This document shows positions 62,794 to 64,000 of a stretch of 64,000 nt of DNA, in pieces (the stretch's first letter is position 1; each line of letters begins with the position of its first letter). The position numbers were made by a program, and so were the translations under genes. The stretch lies in the NCBI GenBank assembly GCA_034670305.1, contig JAXMNT010000005.1, positions 128,001 through 192,000 of the forward strand, given 5' to 3'. The notes beneath the pieces were generated by a model. That model was not told the DNA's origin. It saw only the letters and a program-made list of their open reading frames with translations, and did no database searches. This DNA comes from Deltaproteobacteria bacterium. Its GTDB lineage: Bacteria > Myxococcota_A > Polyangia > Polyangiales > Houyiibacteriaceae.

Positions 62794-63045
62794 CTCGACT
62801 CCAAGAAGCTCACGGGCACTCGAACCGGGGCGCCACAGGGCGGACCGTCGCGTTGCGCGGGACCGAACGCAAGCCGAGGAGTCGCCCCATCCGGTGGGAC
62901 GTTACGAACCGACCTCGCGCGCCAGAACCCGCCGCGCCTCTGAAATCCGCTTCGTTCAAGGAATCTTCGACGCGAGCACGCTCGCCAGCGGTGTCACCAA
63001 GGCGGCCACATCGATCTTTCGGTGGTTGGCGACTAGCCTTCCCCG

Positions 63046-63867
63046 ATGCTGCGCACATCGCTTCTTCTGGGTCTGGGCTGCTTTGCGTGTGGAAGTGGGA
63101 ATGACGCGCCCACCCCGCCGGTGGCTCCGGTCGTGGCACCGACGGCGCCCACCACGCCCGGCGGGCTGCAGGTGCGGGCGGTGCACTACGGGCGGGCGAT
63201 GAGTCCGCAGCAGCAGATCACCGAAGAGGTGCAGCAGTTCCTCCCGACCGATCCGGTGCACGTGTCGGTGGAGATCGCTGGTCGCCCGAGGGCGGGCACG
63301 CTGAAGTTTCGCTGGGACGTCTTCGGCGAAGAAGCGAGCGCGTCGGTGGACCTGTCTTCCGTCAACGGCGGGGTGCTGTTCAGCGTCGGTCAGTCGACCT
63401 TCGTCGGAGGCACGCTCAGCCACCAAAACCCGCTCCCCATCGCGATGTACGAGACGGTGCTCGAGTTCAACGGCGCGGAGCTCGGCCGGTACCCTTTCGT
63501 CGTCGGTCCACCCACCGACGCGACCCCGTCCACGATTCACAATGTGGTCACCGCGCGAAACCACACCGAGGACTACCACCCGATCGATCCCGCCACGACG
63601 TTCGGTGCAACCGACCCGGTGCATCTGCTCGGATGCGGCACCTTCGGCCGACTCACGTGGGTGCAGGTGAAGTGGCTGGTCGGTGGCACCTTCGACGAAA
63701 GCGCCACCCGGGAGCTCACGTTCCAAGAGAACGTCGAGACGTGTGTCGGGTTCGGCAACCGCCCGGCCCAGGGTTGGCCCCTGGGCGAACACACCGCGAT
63801 CCTCACGATGAACGGCCACGAGATCGGCCGGTACCCGTTCACCATCAGGGCGCCGAATCCGGGCTGA
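63046..63867 (+). CDS. Lipoprotein with two tandem Ig-like beta domains
   Basis: CFAC lipobox; internal duplication (F.PTDPVH...NGAELGRYPF vs F.ATDPVH...NGHEIGRYPF). Confidence 0.7.
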   Translation: MLRTSLLLGLGCFACGSGNDAPTPPVAPVVAPTAPTTPGGLQVRAVHYGRAMSPQQQITEEVQQFLPTDPVHVSVEIAGRPRAGTLKFRWDVFGEEASASVDLSSVNGGVLFSVGQSTFVGGTLSHQNPLPIAMYETVLEFNGAELGRYPFVVGPPTDATPSTIHNVVTARNHTEDYHPIDPATTFGATDPVHLLGCGTFGRLTWVQVKWLVGGTFDESATRELTFQENVETCVGFGNRPAQGWPLGEHTAILTMNGHEIGRYPFTIRAPNPG

Positions 63868-63913
63868 CGATCCGAACGACGCCCGCCATCGCGCGGGTGA
63901 TATGGTGGGCGGC

Positions 63914-64000
63914 ATGGCGGACGAGGAGCGAGACGAGAAGGACGCGGAGGCGGCCGAAACGGTGGCGGACGGTGATTCCGACGAGGCGTCGAAGGCCGGG
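63914..64000 (+). CDS. Start of an acidic hypothetical protein (truncated)
   Basis: MADEERDEKDAEAAE... open to window end. Confidence 0.35.
   Translation, partial: MADEERDEKDAEAAETVADGDSDEASKAG

Overview
A very GC-rich chromosomal segment. It is most likely from a myxobacterium (Myxococcota, Polyangia-like); this is inferred from PEGA/TPR proteins, Cys-rich lipoproteins, MopE-like repeats and eukaryote-like Ser/Thr kinases. The window appears to contain the replication origin. dnaA (1860-3218) and dnaN (6738-7874) are both on the minus strand but in reversed order, separated by two unrelated genes. An oriC-like DnaA-box/GC-tract/DnaA-trio module lies upstream of dnaN (about 7940-8135). The rest is housekeeping and accessory genes: murI, rpsU, metF, sthA, xseA, aguB, an hrpB-like helicase, prlC, Dpp-type permeases, an RND-MFP-TolC pump, two ECF sigma factors, two Ser/Thr kinases and many surface lipoproteins. 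No rRNA, tRNA, CRISPR array or transposase was recognised. The most unexplained signal is intergenic: a dispersed family of degenerate hexamer arrays with G-rich tails, a CTAG-flanked MITE-like element, GAA-loop REP-like hairpins, and a four-helix-bundle (IVP/Avd-like) gene set between a ~130-nt hairpin and hexamer repeats. All calls come from reading motifs by eye; no database searches were run.
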